The notes: generated by a model not told the origin, from the sequence alone. A stretch of DNA of 64,000 nucleotides from Alphaproteobacteria bacterium (GCA_045659785.1 JAZRCM010000011.1:4902-68901), one strand, 5' to 3'. Counted from the first letter of the stretch, positions 38,828-50,113 are shown. Program-made: numbers and translations.

Positions 38828-40216
38828 ATGTTAAAAAGAACAAAAATTGTAAAGCTTCTAAAGTCGGATACTACACTTGACGAAGTATTGGTAAAAGGTT
38901 GGGTTAAAACCCGTCGTGATTCAAAAGATTTCATGTTTATTGAACTTAATGACGGATCTTGTTTGAAAAATATTCAAATTATTGCCAATAACAATTTAGC
39001 CAATTATGAAGATTTGAAAAAATTGACAACGGGGTCTTCTTTAGCTGTTAAAGGTGCTTTAATCGAATCTTTGGGCGGAAATCAAAAATATGAAATTAAG
39101 GCTGAAGAAATCGAAATTTATGATATTGCCAATGAAGATTTTCCTTTGCAAAAGAAAAAACATACAGACGAATATTTGCGCACAATAGCTCATTTGCGTC
39201 CGCGTACAAACAAATATGGTGCAGCTTTCCGTATTCGTTCGGAATTGTCTTATGCCATTCACAAGTTTTTTAATGAAAAAGGTTTTCGCTACGTTCATAC
39301 ACCGATTATTACGGCTTCTGACTGCGAAGGTGCCGGAGAAATGTTTCAGGTTACAACTCTTGACTTGAACAATGTGCCGAAGACAAAAGACGGAAAAGTT
39401 GATTATTCTCAAGACTTTTTCGGTAAAGAAGCAAGACTTACCGTATCAGGTCAATTAAACGGTGAAATGTATGCTATGGCTTTGGGGGATATTTATACTT
39501 TCGGGCCGACTTTCCGTGCCGAGAACTCTAATACAACTCGCCATGCTGCAGAATTTTGGATGATTGAACCTGAAATGGCTTTTGCAGATATTTACGACGA
39601 TATGGATTTAGCTGAAGATATGGTCAGATATTGTGTAAAACATGTTGTTGAACATTGTGCAGAAGATATTGAGTTGTTCAACAAATTTGTTGCTCCCGGT
39701 CTGATGGATACTTTGGATTCGATTATAAATCAGCCGTTTGCTCGCATTACATACAGCGAAGCAATCGAAATTATGCAAAAATCCGGCGAAAGTTTTGAAT
39801 ATAAACCGGAGTATGGCGTTGATATGCAAACAGAACACGAACGTTTCTTGGCTGAAAAATATTTCAAACGTCCGGTAATCGTGAGAGATTATCCGAAGGA
39901 AATTAAGGCATTTTATATGCGTATGAATGATGACAACAAAACTGTTGCCGCTATGGATGTTTTAGTTCCGGGTATCGGTGAGCTTATCGGCGGTTCACAA
40001 CGTGAAGAAAGATACGACAGATTAGTTGCTCGTATCGAAGAAATGGGAATGAAGGAAGAAGATTATTCTTGGTATTTGGATTCTCGTCGCTACGGTTCTG
40101 TTCCTCACGCCGGTTTCGGTTTAGGATTTGAACGTATGATGTTGCTTTTGACCGGAATCGGAAATATTCGTGACGTTATTCCGTTCCCGAGAACACCTAA
40201 ATCTGTTAATTTCTAG
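38828..40216 (+). CDS. asnS: Asparagine--tRNA ligase
   Basis: Class IIb aaRS. N-terminal OB fold. Motif 2 (FRAE) and motif 3 (GxGxGxER). Confidence 0.9.
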   Translation: MLKRTKIVKLLKSDTTLDEVLVKGWVKTRRDSKDFMFIELNDGSCLKNIQIIANNNLANYEDLKKLTTGSSLAVKGALIESLGGNQKYEIKAEEIEIYDIANEDFPLQKKKHTDEYLRTIAHLRPRTNKYGAAFRIRSELSYAIHKFFNEKGFRYVHTPIITASDCEGAGEMFQVTTLDLNNVPKTKDGKVDYSQDFFGKEARLTVSGQLNGEMYAMALGDIYTFGPTFRAENSNTTRHAAEFWMIEPEMAFADIYDDMDLAEDMVRYCVKHVVEHCAEDIELFNKFVAPGLMDTLDSIINQPFARITYSEAIEIMQKSGESFEYKPEYGVDMQTEHERFLAEKYFKRPVIVRDYPKEIKAFYMRMNDDNKTVAAMDVLVPGIGELIGGSQREERYDRLVARIEEMGMKEEDYSWYLDSRRYGSVPHAGFGLGFERMMLLLTGIGNIRDVIPFPRTPKSVNF

Positions 40217-40226
40217 GAGAAAATAT

Positions 40227-40769
40227 ATGAAATATCTGTTATTGGCGGTTATGTCTTTGCTTTCGTTTAATGTTTTTGCTTCAGAGGCTGTTGAGCAAGA
40301 AGAAGCAATTATGATAATAGAAGCACCGCAAGCCGCCGATGAACAGAAAAGTGCGGATTTTCCTACTTGCAATAACGAAAAGTTGATTGATGTCGTACGT
40401 GAACATGTGAAATCTCATCTTGATAAAGAAACTTCCGGTTCAATAATGGATATCCGTAAAAGCCGATTGGTTCTCAAAAATATTAATTCATATACAGAAG
40501 TTCCCGTAAGCACTTTTGACAGTAAGGAAAACTTTTTGGTCGCTAATGAAATCGTAATGAACAAAATTAATCGTGATATTAAAGAAAGTGATATGCGTCT
40601 TTGTGTCGGAGAGGGTAAAAAGCCGATTTATTTGCTGATATATCCTGAAGATTTTCGTTATGTTGTGCAGATTATAAACTTTATTCCTCCGGTTGACGGT
40701 AAAAATGTTTTTTCGGTTTGGTACGTTCCTGAGGTCAAACAATATGATACTTTGATTGAGGCTGAATAA
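40227..40769 (+). CDS. Secreted hypothetical protein
   Basis: Start at the ATG after an aggaga RBS. Signal peptide MKYLLLAVMSLLSFNVFA. Confidence 0.5.
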   Translation: MKYLLLAVMSLLSFNVFASEAVEQEEAIMIIEAPQAADEQKSADFPTCNNEKLIDVVREHVKSHLDKETSGSIMDIRKSRLVLKNINSYTEVPVSTFDSKENFLVANEIVMNKINRDIKESDMRLCVGEGKKPIYLLIYPEDFRYVVQIINFIPPVDGKNVFSVWYVPEVKQYDTLIEAE

Positions 40770-40843
40770 TTTTAGGGTTGAAATTTGTTTTTTATGTAAT
40801 ATAATTTCCTATTGTGTGAAAAAAGAAAGTAGGTTGGTTTATT

Positions 40844-41734
40844 TTGAGTAACGGATCTTCAATAGTAGTAGTAAAGCCATCTTCCAATTTACCTTTGGTA
40901 ATTGATAATAATGGTTTGGTGGCATACTTTGAAAGAATAAAATCTTTTCCGGTTTTATCCGAAGAAGAAGAGGTTGCTCTTATCAATGATTTTAAGCAAA
41001 ATAACAATCTGGAAGCAGCTCATCGTTTGGTGGTATCTCACTTGCGTTTGGCGGCTAAAATTGCTTTAACTTATCGTCGTTACGGATTGCCTTTGGCTGA
41101 TATTATTTCTGAAGCAAATATCGGTCTTATGCAGGCAGTAAAAAAATTTGACTTGTCTAAAAAAGTTCGTCTCTCAACCTATGCAATTTGGTGGATTAAA
41201 GCTTCTATCAATGACTTTATTTTGCGCTCTTGGTCTTTGGTTAAAATAGGTACCGTTGCAGCACAGAAAAAGTTGTTCTATAACTTAAGCCGTATTAAAG
41301 CTCGTTTAGGTATATACGAGAATAAAGAATTAGAGCCGACAGTTGTAAAACAGATTGCCAATGAATTGGTTGTGGAAGAACAAGAAGTTGTAGAAATGAA
41401 TCGTCGTTTAAGCGGTGATACGTCGTTGAATGTCACAATCGGCGATGATGAAGACCGTGAAAGACAAGATTTGTTGGTTGACAGCAGACAAAATGTTGAA
41501 GAGGCTTTAGCAAGAAAGCAAGAAGCTAAATATAAACACCAAATTTTGATGTCTTGTCTTGGTAAGTTATCTGAACGTGAAGCATTTATTGTTAAGAATC
41601 GTATGTTAACCGATGAGCCGATGACATTGGAAGATATCGGAACAAAATATGAAATCAGCCGTGAACGTGTTCGTCAGATTGAAAAGAAAGCTTTTGAGCA
41701 CTTGGCAGAGTTGGTTAAACAAGAAGTTGCATAA
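40844..41734 (+). CDS. rpoH: RNA polymerase sigma-32 heat-shock factor
   Basis: Sigma-70 regions 2-4 and the RpoH box (QKKLFYNLSRIKARL). Confidence 0.85.
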   Translation: MSNGSSIVVVKPSSNLPLVIDNNGLVAYFERIKSFPVLSEEEEVALINDFKQNNNLEAAHRLVVSHLRLAAKIALTYRRYGLPLADIISEANIGLMQAVKKFDLSKKVRLSTYAIWWIKASINDFILRSWSLVKIGTVAAQKKLFYNLSRIKARLGIYENKELEPTVVKQIANELVVEEQEVVEMNRRLSGDTSLNVTIGDDEDRERQDLLVDSRQNVEEALARKQEAKYKHQILMSCLGKLSEREAFIVKNRMLTDEPMTLEDIGTKYEISRERVRQIEKKAFEHLAELVKQEVA

Positions 41735-41746
41735 ACGGGAGCGCAT

Positions 41747-41953
41747 ATGTCCGAAAAAAATGAAGACAAAACTGTTGTAACATTTGATTTTGAAGGTCAG
41801 ATGGAAGCAACGGATGTGCGAGGATTTGACTATAAAAATATTTTTTCTCCGGTTGAGTCTCTTGATGATATGCCGAAACGTATGGAAGACAGAATCAAAA
41901 AAGTAAGAAAAATTCGCAAAAATAAAATTTTCAAAGAACCTTTTAAAGCGTAG
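41747..41953 (+). CDS. Small hypothetical protein (68 aa)
   Basis: ORF with an RBS-like gggagcg upstream. Acidic N-terminus, basic C-terminus. Confidence 0.35.
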   Translation: MSEKNEDKTVVTFDFEGQMEATDVRGFDYKNIFSPVESLDDMPKRMEDRIKKVRKIRKNKIFKEPFKA

Positions 41954-41963
41954 CCTTAATAAA

Positions 41964-42794
41964 ATGACAATATCATTCGGAGATTTAGTTTCTTCTTTAT
42001 CAACTTTGGGGATTGATTCTCCCAGGTTGGAAGCGCGCATGATGTTAGCCGGAGTTTTGAATGTCGATGTTAATGTTATCGGAGCCGATATATCGGTTGA
42101 TGGTGAGCAAGAAGCAGAAGTAAAACAAATGTTGGCTCGCAGAATGAAGCATGAACCTCTTGATAAAATACTAGGCATTAAAGAGTTTTATAAAAGTTCA
42201 TTTATCGTTAATTCTGATGTTTTATCTCCACGTCCGGATAGTGAAATTTTGGTAGAAGAAGCAATAAAGATAGCTAAACAAAATAATCTGGATAAGATTA
42301 TAGAGTTTGGGGTGGGGTCCGGATGTTTGATATTATCCATATTGCAAGATGTTCCGCAGATGAGCGGTTTAGGTTTTGATAAATCTGAAAAAGCGCTTGA
42401 AGTTGCTAAACAAAATGCCAAAAGGTTAGGTTTGAAAGACCGAATTGATTTTGAAAAATTTGACTATTTTAATGATAAAACGGAAGCAAAAACTTCTCTT
42501 ATAATAAGTAATCCTCCGTATATTCCGACAAGTGATATTGACGAGTTGGATGAAGAAGTCAAAAAATATGATCCTTTTATGGCTTTAGACGGAGGAGAGG
42601 ACGGATATGTTCATTATCGCCGTATTGCCGAAATAGCTCCCTTGATTTTAGAAGATGGCGGATATATCTTATTGGAAGGCGGAATAGGGCAGGCAGATAT
42701 GATTGCCGAAATATTTGCGGATAAGGGATTAAAGCTGGTGGCAAAAGTATGCGACTTATCCGGGATAGAACGTTGTATAATTTTGAAAAAATAA
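41964..42794 (+). CDS. prmC: Release-factor glutamine N5-methyltransferase (PrmC/HemK)
   Basis: SAM-binding GVGSGC and the NPPY catalytic motif (IISNPPYIP). Confidence 0.8.
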   Translation: MTISFGDLVSSLSTLGIDSPRLEARMMLAGVLNVDVNVIGADISVDGEQEAEVKQMLARRMKHEPLDKILGIKEFYKSSFIVNSDVLSPRPDSEILVEEAIKIAKQNNLDKIIEFGVGSGCLILSILQDVPQMSGLGFDKSEKALEVAKQNAKRLGLKDRIDFEKFDYFNDKTEAKTSLIISNPPYIPTSDIDELDEEVKKYDPFMALDGGEDGYVHYRRIAEIAPLILEDGGYILLEGGIGQADMIAEIFADKGLKLVAKVCDLSGIERCIILKK

Positions 42795-42944
42795 GTTGCA
42801 ATTAATAAATTTAAATGTATTATGCCCTTGTAAACGCTATGACAAATGTCGTATGTTTTTTAGAATTTCCGTCATACTGAATACAGTTTTTTGTTTGGGA
42901 GCACAAAAGGTGCTTTTTAACCCTTTATATGGTAGTGATTTTAT

Positions 42945-43493
42945 ATGAAAAAAGTAAATAACAGATATCGTAATAATAATTCGAATAACGCAATATATTC
43001 TCTTAATTATAAATTTGACAGCAATTCTATTGCCGGAAAAATCAGCGGTACAGCTCTTGATTTGATAAAGAGATATAATGATTTGGCAAAAGAAGCTCAC
43101 AGTAATAATGACTATGTTACTGCAGAAATTTTCCGTCAATATGCTGAGCATTATCGTAAGATTGTAACCGAAATTAATGAACGTAAACAGGCAAGAGAAC
43201 AACAAGAAGCAAATGATAATGCAAATGCTAAGGTTGAAGCTGTGTCTGATAATTCGGATAATACTGCAAATGAAGTTGCAGTAGAAAATAAAGCTCCGGA
43301 AAAGGAAGTTGTTACAGAAGCTCCTGCCGAAACAGAAGTTAAAGAAGTAAAGAAAACCAAAAATGTCAGAAAAACATTTCATGTAATTGAAATTAATAAG
43401 ACAGATGCGGTTGAAAATGAAGAAAAAGAACCTGTAAAGGCTAAACGTGTATATCGTCGTAAAACAGTTGAGGCGGTAGCGGCACAAGCTTAA
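42945..43493 (+). CDS. DUF4167-family protein (alphaproteobacterial)
   Basis: N-terminal N/R-rich region and a conserved AEhFxQYAEHYRK block. Acidic/K-rich tail. Confidence 0.55.
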   Translation: MKKVNNRYRNNNSNNAIYSLNYKFDSNSIAGKISGTALDLIKRYNDLAKEAHSNNDYVTAEIFRQYAEHYRKIVTEINERKQAREQQEANDNANAKVEAVSDNSDNTANEVAVENKAPEKEVVTEAPAETEVKEVKKTKNVRKTFHVIEINKTDAVENEEKEPVKAKRVYRRKTVEAVAAQA

Positions 43494-43513
43494 ATTATTA
43501 TTCCGGAGGGAAA

Positions 43514-44641
43514 ATGTTTTTTGTGTATGCATCATTAATAATAGCTTTGGCTTGTTCGGTAATTACCGAAAGGACTTTATTAGGTTATAATAATGTCCAT
43601 TGGTCAATAAGAACATTTGTTTTTCTGCTTTTGGTATCAGCTTGGTTATCTCCGCTTATTATAAACGTTTTACGCCGTAAAATGTTGTTGGACGGACAAA
43701 TTTTTAATTCTTTTTCAAATGTAGGATATGCGTGTTTCGGTTTTGTATTTATCCTATTCATTATGTTGTTTTTCCGTGATGGTTTTTGGTTTGTAACCTA
43801 TAAATTTTTTGGAAAATCGCAGTCGTGGAATCCTACAAATGTATCGTTACTTACAAAGGTTAATGTAATAACAGTTTTGTTGGCTATGGCATTATCCGTT
43901 TATGCAATTTTTGAAGCAATAAAGCTTCCTATGGTTAAAAAGCTTGAAATTATAAGCAATAAGGTTAGTGAGCCGATTACAATATTACAAATTAATGATG
44001 TACATTTACACGGAAGAAAAAATGTTTCCGATGTTAAAAACTTGGTAAAACTTTCTAACTCTCTCAATCCTGATGTTATTGTTATGCCGGGAGATATTGT
44101 TGATGACGGTATAGGCTATATAAGTAATCATTTGAAAGAGTTGTCAAAACTATCCGCTAAATACGGGGTTTATGTTTCTGCCGGAAATCATGAATATTAT
44201 AACGGTTTGGTTCCTATTCAATGGCAGTTTCAAAATATGGGATTTTTCTTTTTATCCGAAAACGGTATGCGAGTAGGGGATAGCGGTGTTTACATTGCCG
44301 GTATTCCAGATAATTCAATGCAGAGAGTTGTAAAAGAATATCCCAAGATTTTGGATGGTAGTGAAATTGATGATTATAAGATTTTGTTGGCTCATAATCC
44401 TAAATTTGCCAAAGAATATTTGAACATGGGGTTTGATTTGCAACTGTCAGCTCATACTCACGGAGGACAAATTTTTCCGTTTCATATATTGGTAAAATGG
44501 GCAAATAATTATTTAGCCGGAAAGTATGAAATTGATGGTAAAATTTTATATATTTCACGAGGAGCAGGTTATTGGGGACCGCCGATGAGATTGCTCTCTC
44601 CTGCCGATATAACTCTTATTACTGTAAAACCTAAAAAATAA
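43514..44641 (+). CDS. Membrane-anchored calcineurin-like metallophosphoesterase
   Basis: 4 N-terminal TM helices. DVHL, GDIVDDG, GNHEY and HTHGGQ metallophosphatase motifs. Confidence 0.7.
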   Translation: MFFVYASLIIALACSVITERTLLGYNNVHWSIRTFVFLLLVSAWLSPLIINVLRRKMLLDGQIFNSFSNVGYACFGFVFILFIMLFFRDGFWFVTYKFFGKSQSWNPTNVSLLTKVNVITVLLAMALSVYAIFEAIKLPMVKKLEIISNKVSEPITILQINDVHLHGRKNVSDVKNLVKLSNSLNPDVIVMPGDIVDDGIGYISNHLKELSKLSAKYGVYVSAGNHEYYNGLVPIQWQFQNMGFFFLSENGMRVGDSGVYIAGIPDNSMQRVVKEYPKILDGSEIDDYKILLAHNPKFAKEYLNMGFDLQLSAHTHGGQIFPFHILVKWANNYLAGKYEIDGKILYISRGAGYWGPPMRLLSPADITLITVKPKK

Positions 44642-44653
44642 ACGAGAATAAAT

Positions 44654-45208
44654 ATGTTAGATCCTTTTTATTTGCCCGAAATTATTGAAGGAACAAATGT
44701 TGTTTTATACAAACGTGACCACAATTATGATAATGAAATGTGGTTGGCGATTGATAGTAATAGGAATTTTTTACGTCCGTATTTGATGTGGGTTGATAAA
44801 ACCGATTGTTTTGATAGTGTGACTAATGCTACGAAACATTTTAATTTAGCTTGGGCTTCTCAGGCTAAATTTGCGTATGTTATTGCTGATAAATGCTCAA
44901 AAAAATTGCTGGGGTCAATAGATATTCATAATATTGATTTGGATAATCACAGTGCAGAAATAGGCTATTGGTTAAAGGAAGATAAAACCGGATACGGATA
45001 TGTTTCTGATGCCTTAAAACAACTTGAAAAGTGTGCGTTTTCCGAAAAAATTAATCGCTTGGTTATTACTTGTGACAGTCGTAATCGTGCTTCGGCAAAT
45101 GTAGCAATTCGTAATGGGTATAAGTTTGAAAGTACTAACCGCAAAGCCATATTTGCTTATGGTAATTTCTATGACAGAGAAGTTTATGCTAAACTCATAA
45201 ATGAGTAG
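44654..45208 (+). CDS. GNAT-family N-acetyltransferase (RimL/RimJ-like)
   Basis: GYWLKEDKTGYGYVSDAL and R-N-x-AS-x-xV acetyl-CoA binding motifs. Confidence 0.7.
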   Translation: MLDPFYLPEIIEGTNVVLYKRDHNYDNEMWLAIDSNRNFLRPYLMWVDKTDCFDSVTNATKHFNLAWASQAKFAYVIADKCSKKLLGSIDIHNIDLDNHSAEIGYWLKEDKTGYGYVSDALKQLEKCAFSEKINRLVITCDSRNRASANVAIRNGYKFESTNRKAIFAYGNFYDREVYAKLINE

Positions 45209-45212
45209 TGTT

Positions 45213-45623
45213 TCAGATAACTTTTTGTAATTCTGATTTTATGGAAGAGAGTTCTTCGATTACATTTTTTAGTATATCGTTTGACAAAGATGATGCATTG
45301 TCTGCTGACGTTTCATCAGATGACAATTCTTCAGCAAATAAATCATCTAATATTGTGTTGCCGACAAAATTTTTGATACCTTTTTCTTTGAAAAGCTTTT
45401 GCACACCTTCTATGGTGTAACGTTCACTATGAAGAAGCTTTTGGATACATTCCAAAAGTTTTACATCATCAGGACGATAATAACGGCGACCGCCGTTCAT
45501 TTTTAGAGGCTTGATTTGTGTGAATTTGGTTTCCCAAAAACGAAGAACATGGGTGCCAACCCCTAACATATCAGCTACTTCTGCAATAGTTCTGAATGCT
45601 GCTTTTGACTTGTTGACAACCAT
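45213..45623 (-). CDS. MerR-family transcriptional regulator
   Basis: N-terminal [22 protein letters not shown]...GGRRYY MerR HTH. Adjacent to ihfA as in many alphaproteobacteria. Confidence 0.75.
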   Translation of the reverse strand: MVVNKSKAAFRTIAEVADMLGVGTHVLRFWETKFTQIKPLKMNGGRRYYRPDDVKLLECIQKLLHSERYTIEGVQKLFKEKGIKNFVGNTILDDLFAEELSSDETSADNASSLSNDILKNVIEELSSIKSELQKVI

Positions 45624-45639
45624 GTTACATCCGATAAAA

Positions 45640-45924
45640 TTATTTGTTCAAAGAAGAACGCATTGTTTGAGATGGTTTGAAAGAAATAACTTTACGAGAA
45701 GAAATTTCTGCTTCAACACCGGTTTTAGGGTTACGACCGATACGAGTGTTTTTTTGACGTACGGTAAAAGTACCGAAAGAAGAAATTTTTACATTGTTAC
45801 CCTTTACTAACTCATTGGTAACTTCTTCTAAAACCATATCCAAAATTTCACCAGAATCTTTGCGAGACAAACCAACTTCTTGGTATAAAGTTTCTGCAAT
45901 ATCAGATCTTGTAACTGTTCTCAT
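45640..45924 (-). CDS. ihfA: Integration host factor alpha subunit
   Basis: 94 aa, DNABII fold. [21 protein letters not shown] arm motif. Confidence 0.8.
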   Translation of the reverse strand: MRTVTRSDIAETLYQEVGLSRKDSGEILDMVLEEVTNELVKGNNVKISSFGTFTVRQKNTRIGRNPKTGVEAEISSRKVISFKPSQTMRSSLNK

Positions 45925-46012
45925 TTTTATTCCATCCTTCTATTTTTTTTAATTTTTTTCAATATAGCAACAAAAAAATATATCGCCAATATTTTTAAAA
46001 ACTATCTACAAC

Positions 46013-46993
46013 TTAAATTCTTATAACCATTCCGCCCCAAGTAAATCCGGCTCCCATTGAGCTAAAAGCAACCAAATCGCCTTTCTTTACTTTTCCGGAT
46101 TCGACAGATTCTGCTAATGCTAAAGGAATCGAGGCGGCAGAAGTGTTTCCGTGGTGATCAACGGTAACAATCACTTTGCTTTCATCTAATTCCAGTTTTT
46201 TTGCAACAGAATCAATAATTCTTAAATTTGCCTGATGAGGTATATACCAATCTACATCATTTATGTTTACGTTTGCGATAGCTAATGTTTCTTCAACACC
46301 TTGAACCAAACTTGGAACGGCAACCTTAAACACTTCTTTTCCATCCATGTGAATAAAACCGGATTTTTGGTTGAAAGAAACACCGCTGTCAGAACAAAGT
46401 TTGTCATATTGTGAGCCGTCAGCATAGATTTTTGTGGCTAATATACCTGTGTCGGTATTTTTGCCTTCACATTCTGCGGCCTTATATATAGCTGCACCGG
46501 CTCCGTCACCGAACAATACACAAGTATTTCGGTCGGTCCAGTCAGTAATTCTTGATAAAGTTTCAGCACCGATAACCAAAGCATTTTTAATTTGTCCTAA
46601 ACGAATCATATTATCGGCAATTTGTGTAGCATAAACAAAACCTGAACAAGCAGCATTAATATCCATTGCCGCAACTCCGGAGCGCAGTCCCAAAATCTTG
46701 GAAATTTTAGCGGCACAAGACGGAAAAGTATTGTCAGGTGTTACAGTTGCTAAGATTATAAAATCAATTTCTTCCGCAGTCATTTGAGCATTTTTCATAG
46801 CCATTTGAGCTGCTTTTACACAAAAATCAGATGTATATTCCCCTTCAGATGCAACGTGACGGCTTCTGATACCTGTTCGAGTGCTAATCCACTCGTCATT
46901 AGTTTCAACAATTTTTGATAAATCATCATTAGTTAATACTTTGGCAGGAAGGCTGTATCCGGTGCCAACTAATTGTGATCTTATAAGACTCAT
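46013..46993 (-). CDS. fabH: 3-oxoacyl-ACP synthase III
   Basis: AACSGF active-site Cys. His-Asn catalytic residues. GAGFTWGG C-terminus. Confidence 0.9.
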   Translation of the reverse strand: MSLIRSQLVGTGYSLPAKVLTNDDLSKIVETNDEWISTRTGIRSRHVASEGEYTSDFCVKAAQMAMKNAQMTAEEIDFIILATVTPDNTFPSCAAKISKILGLRSGVAAMDINAACSGFVYATQIADNMIRLGQIKNALVIGAETLSRITDWTDRNTCVLFGDGAGAAIYKAAECEGKNTDTGILATKIYADGSQYDKLCSDSGVSFNQKSGFIHMDGKEVFKVAVPSLVQGVEETLAIANVNINDVDWYIPHQANLRIIDSVAKKLELDESKVIVTVDHHGNTSAASIPLALAESVESGKVKKGDLVAFSSMGAGFTWGGMVIRI

Positions 46994-48045
46994 AGATAAT
47001 ATCCTTCGTAAATGCTTTCTTGGTTTAATTCGTCTAAATCAACTTTTTCAACTTCTTGACGAATCGTATCAACAAAGTTTTGGCGAACAAGTTTGGCGGC
47101 GTTATCAATAGCTACGGCATAGCCTTTTCCATCAGTTCCGCCATGGCTTTTTACACTTAAGCCATTTAAGCCGACAAGCATTGCTCCGTTATATGCACGA
47201 GGGTCCATACTCTTTTTAATTTTGAGCACAACTCCCATCATAAACGGAAGACCGATTTTGGCAAAAATAGAACGTTTAACTGCTCGCTTAATCAAACGTA
47301 CAACGAGTCTCGCAGTTCCTTCGGTAGCCTTGAGAGCAACATTGCCGGTAAAACCGTCGGCAACAATGACATCAGCAGCACCGTTAGCAATATCATGCGG
47401 TTCGATATATCCGGTACAGTTAATGTCAAGTTGCGGATTTTTCAAAATTTTCAGGGCTTGACGAATTTCTTCTTTACCCTTCATTTCTTCAGCACCGATA
47501 TTGAGCAATGACACGCGAGGAGTTTTGAGTCCTAAAGCGTGTTTGGCAAAAATGTTGCCCATAATGGCAAATTCTGCCAAATTGATTGCATCACACTCGG
47601 TGTTTGCACCTAAATCAAGCATAACATATTTGCCGTCAATATGTGGCATAATTGTACAAATTGCAGGACGATGAATTCCTTTAATGGTTTTGAGTACCAT
47701 TTTAGAAATAGCCATTAACGCACCGGTGTTTCCGGCGGAAACAACGGCACGGGCTCTACCTGAACGTACAGCATCGATTGCCATATACATACTGGTATTT
47801 CGATTGCGAATTACCTGCGAAGGCTTGTCTTCGTTTTTGACGTAGTCTTCGGTATGGATTACCTTTGAAACTTTAGCCACTTTAGGATATTGTTTCAATA
47901 AAGGCATAATTTTATTCTCATCGCCGAAAAGCAAGAAACGCAAATCAGAGTTACGCTTTGCAACGATGTTAATTCCTTCTATTACGACTCGAGGGGAATT
48001 ATCTCCCCCCATCGCATCAATTGAAATAACCAGATTATCAGACAA
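46990..48045 (-). CDS. plsX: Phosphate acyltransferase
   Basis: AMGGDN, GNTGA, NIGxEE PlsX motifs. Confidence 0.9.
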   Translation of the reverse strand: MSDNLVISIDAMGGDNSPRVVIEGINIVAKRNSDLRFLLFGDENKIMPLLKQYPKVAKVSKVIHTEDYVKNEDKPSQVIRNRNTSMYMAIDAVRSGRARAVVSAGNTGALMAISKMVLKTIKGIHRPAICTIMPHIDGKYVMLDLGANTECDAINLAEFAIMGNIFAKHALGLKTPRVSLLNIGAEEMKGKEEIRQALKILKNPQLDINCTGYIEPHDIANGAADVIVADGFTGNVALKATEGTARLVVRLIKRAVKRSIFAKIGLPFMMGVVLKIKKSMDPRAYNGAMLVGLNGLSVKSHGGTDGKGYAVAIDNAAKLVRQNFVDTIRQEVEKVDLDELNQESIYEGYYL

Positions 48046-48077
48046 ATTTTTGCTCCATCTAGGTTAATATGATTTAA

Positions 48078-48263
48078 TTATTCTGCTGCTTTTTTTGCAA
48101 CAACTTCACGTTTATCGTATTGTCCGCAAGAAGGGCAAACGTTGTGAGGTCTTTTTAACTCACCGCAGTTAGGGCACTCATGATAAGAGTTAGCACCTAA
48201 AGCATCGTGAGAACGGCGCATATTGCGACGTGATTTTGAAGTTTTATGTTTTGGTGTTGCCAT
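48078..48263 (-). CDS. rpmF: 50S ribosomal protein L32
   Basis: [19 protein letters not shown]...[18 protein letters not shown] zinc-ribbon L32. Confidence 0.9.
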   Translation of the reverse strand: MATPKHKTSKSRRNMRRSHDALGANSYHECPNCGELKRPHNVCPSCGQYDKREVVAKKAAE

Positions 48264-48414
48264 TTTCTTATTCTTTTCAAAAAATCATTGTTATCACGAA
48301 AATTTCAAAGCACAGTAATAAAACATTTTTTTACAAAATGCAACATATTTTCTGCAACTCTGAAAAGGTTATGTGTCTTTTAACCAAAAAAAAACAGTTT
48401 TGCAAGCATAATTT

Positions 48415-48966
48415 TTATTTCTTTAGTTTTGCCAGTACGGCAAAAGGATTGTTTTTGACGTCATCTTCTTCGTCAAACTCGGAAACAAAGCTGAATTCTT
48501 CGCCTTCTTTACGAGGATAATCGTCTAAACGCAAAGCAATTTGCTCAATGGCAATGTCACCTAAATCAATTTTTCCGCCGATTACAACTTCCGGCATATC
48601 TTTGTCCCAATCGTCTCCTTCTTCTTTTTGGCTGGCAAGAGTTGCTTTTACATCATAATCGGTTTCAAAATCAAAATCATAGTCTGTGGAAAATGTTTCC
48701 AGTGAGATTACACTTTTTTGTACGACTTCTGCCTTGATATGTCCGGTTATGCTTAATATATTTGTGCTGTGATTAAGTTTTAACCTGAAGTCTGCATCAA
48801 GTAATTTTACTTCCGGTATTTGTAAAACTTCAGCCAAAAAGGTGAGGTTATCCTCATTTGCCGTCATGTGATAATGTTGTTCGTTTAACGGCATGTCAGC
48901 AACTGTTAAAGGGTAAGAAAATTCTTTTTGCATAAATATTTTCCCTGTGTTATATATGTTAAACAA
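48415..48966 (-). CDS. yceD: YceD/DUF177 large-ribosomal-subunit-associated protein
   Basis: Position upstream of rpmF. Acidic C-terminus. Conserved DUF177 fold features. Confidence 0.7.
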   Translation of the reverse strand: MFNIYNTGKIFMQKEFSYPLTVADMPLNEQHYHMTANEDNLTFLAEVLQIPEVKLLDADFRLKLNHSTNILSITGHIKAEVVQKSVISLETFSTDYDFDFETDYDVKATLASQKEEGDDWDKDMPEVVIGGKIDLGDIAIEQIALRLDDYPRKEGEEFSFVSEFDEEDDVKNNPFAVLAKLKK

Positions 48967-48996
48967 TTTAAGTCATAATGATAAGGAAGTAATAAT

Positions 48997-49455
48997 ATGT
49001 CAATAAACAAAGTATTTTTATTAAGTATGATAGCAATGCTTTCCGCCTGCAGTAGTGATGTTTTTATAACCCACACCGGTAATATGCCGTCTGAAGAAAA
49101 AATTTCAATGGTCTTTAACGGACAAACAAAAAATGATGTTTTAGAGGTGTTAGGCTCTCCTTCAAATGTGGTGTCACTTGATAAAGATACATGGATTTAT
49201 ATGTCTTCCGAAATTAAGCAAGTTGCCTTTTTTGCTCCTAAAGAAGTAAACAGAGAATTGTTAGTGATTAAATTTGATGCTGAAAACAGAGTTGCAAGTG
49301 TTGAGAAATTAAATAAAAAACATGGTGAAAAAGTAGAAATAACCGAAGAGCAAACACCGAATCAGGAACAAGAACAAGGTTTCTTCCGCAAATATTTCGG
49401 TGGTGTAGGACAATATTTGCCGTTTGGTAACGGTGGCGACAGCGGTCTAGAATAA
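48997..49455 (+). CDS. bamE: Outer-membrane lipoprotein BamE/SmpA-like
   Basis: Lipobox LSACSS. SmpA/OmlA-like domain (GQTKNDVLEVLGSPS). Confidence 0.6.
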   Translation: MSINKVFLLSMIAMLSACSSDVFITHTGNMPSEEKISMVFNGQTKNDVLEVLGSPSNVVSLDKDTWIYMSSEIKQVAFFAPKEVNRELLVIKFDAENRVASVEKLNKKHGEKVEITEEQTPNQEQEQGFFRKYFGGVGQYLPFGNGGDSGLE

Positions 49456-49465
49456 GGAAAAAGAA

Positions 49466-50110
49466 ATGATTGCCAAGTTACGAGGAATTGTTGACAGTTT
49501 TGGCGAGGATTGTGTTGTTATTGATGTCAACGGAGTAGGGTATTTGGTTTATGCCTCAAGCCGAACCTTATCAAAATTGGTAAAAGGCTCTGAAACAACA
49601 CTTTTTATAGAAACGGTAGTCAGAGAAGACAGTATAAGTTTATATGGTTTTGGTGCGGCATTAGAAAAAGAATGGTTTTTAACGCTTACTAAAGTGCAAG
49701 GAGTGGGCGCAAAGGTATGTTTAAGCATTTTATCTGCTTTGACACCGTCACAACTAGCACAAGCAATTGCGGCTCAGGATAAGGCTTCTTTCACTCGAGC
49801 AAACGGTGTAGGTCCGAAATTGGCTGCCAGAATCGTTACCGAATTAAAAGGAAAAATGGTGGGATTGCCGATTGGTGCAGATACGGCTGATTATGTTGCC
49901 GCTGTCGAAGATTCTCCGTTGACAATAAATGTTGCGGAAGAAAAAACAAACCGCCAAACGGAAGATGCTGTTTCAGCCTTGGTTAATTTGGGATATCCTC
50001 GTGTAGAGGCTTATAGAGCGGTAAATTTGGCATTGGCAAAAAATCCCGAAGCTGATTTTGCTTCTTTGATAAAATCTGCTTTGAAAGAATTTGGCAATAA
50101 GGAGATGTAG
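49466..50110 (+). CDS. ruvA: Holliday junction DNA helicase RuvA
   Basis: MIAKLRGIVD...GVGYLVY N-terminus, HhH motifs (VQGVGAKVCLSIL; ANGVGPKLAARIV). Confidence 0.9.
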   Translation: MIAKLRGIVDSFGEDCVVIDVNGVGYLVYASSRTLSKLVKGSETTLFIETVVREDSISLYGFGAALEKEWFLTLTKVQGVGAKVCLSILSALTPSQLAQAIAAQDKASFTRANGVGPKLAARIVTELKGKMVGLPIGADTADYVAAVEDSPLTINVAEEKTNRQTEDAVSALVNLGYPRVEAYRAVNLALAKNPEADFASLIKSALKEFGNKEM

Positions 50111-50113
50111 TAT

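Noticed and set aside
42896-42922. Hairpin (gagcacaaaaggtgct + T5) upstream of the DUF4167 gene, considered as a small RNA or attenuator
   Set aside because: Only a 6 bp stem. It is most simply the terminator of the upstream prmC transcript, and a separate ncRNA cannot be supported from sequence alone.
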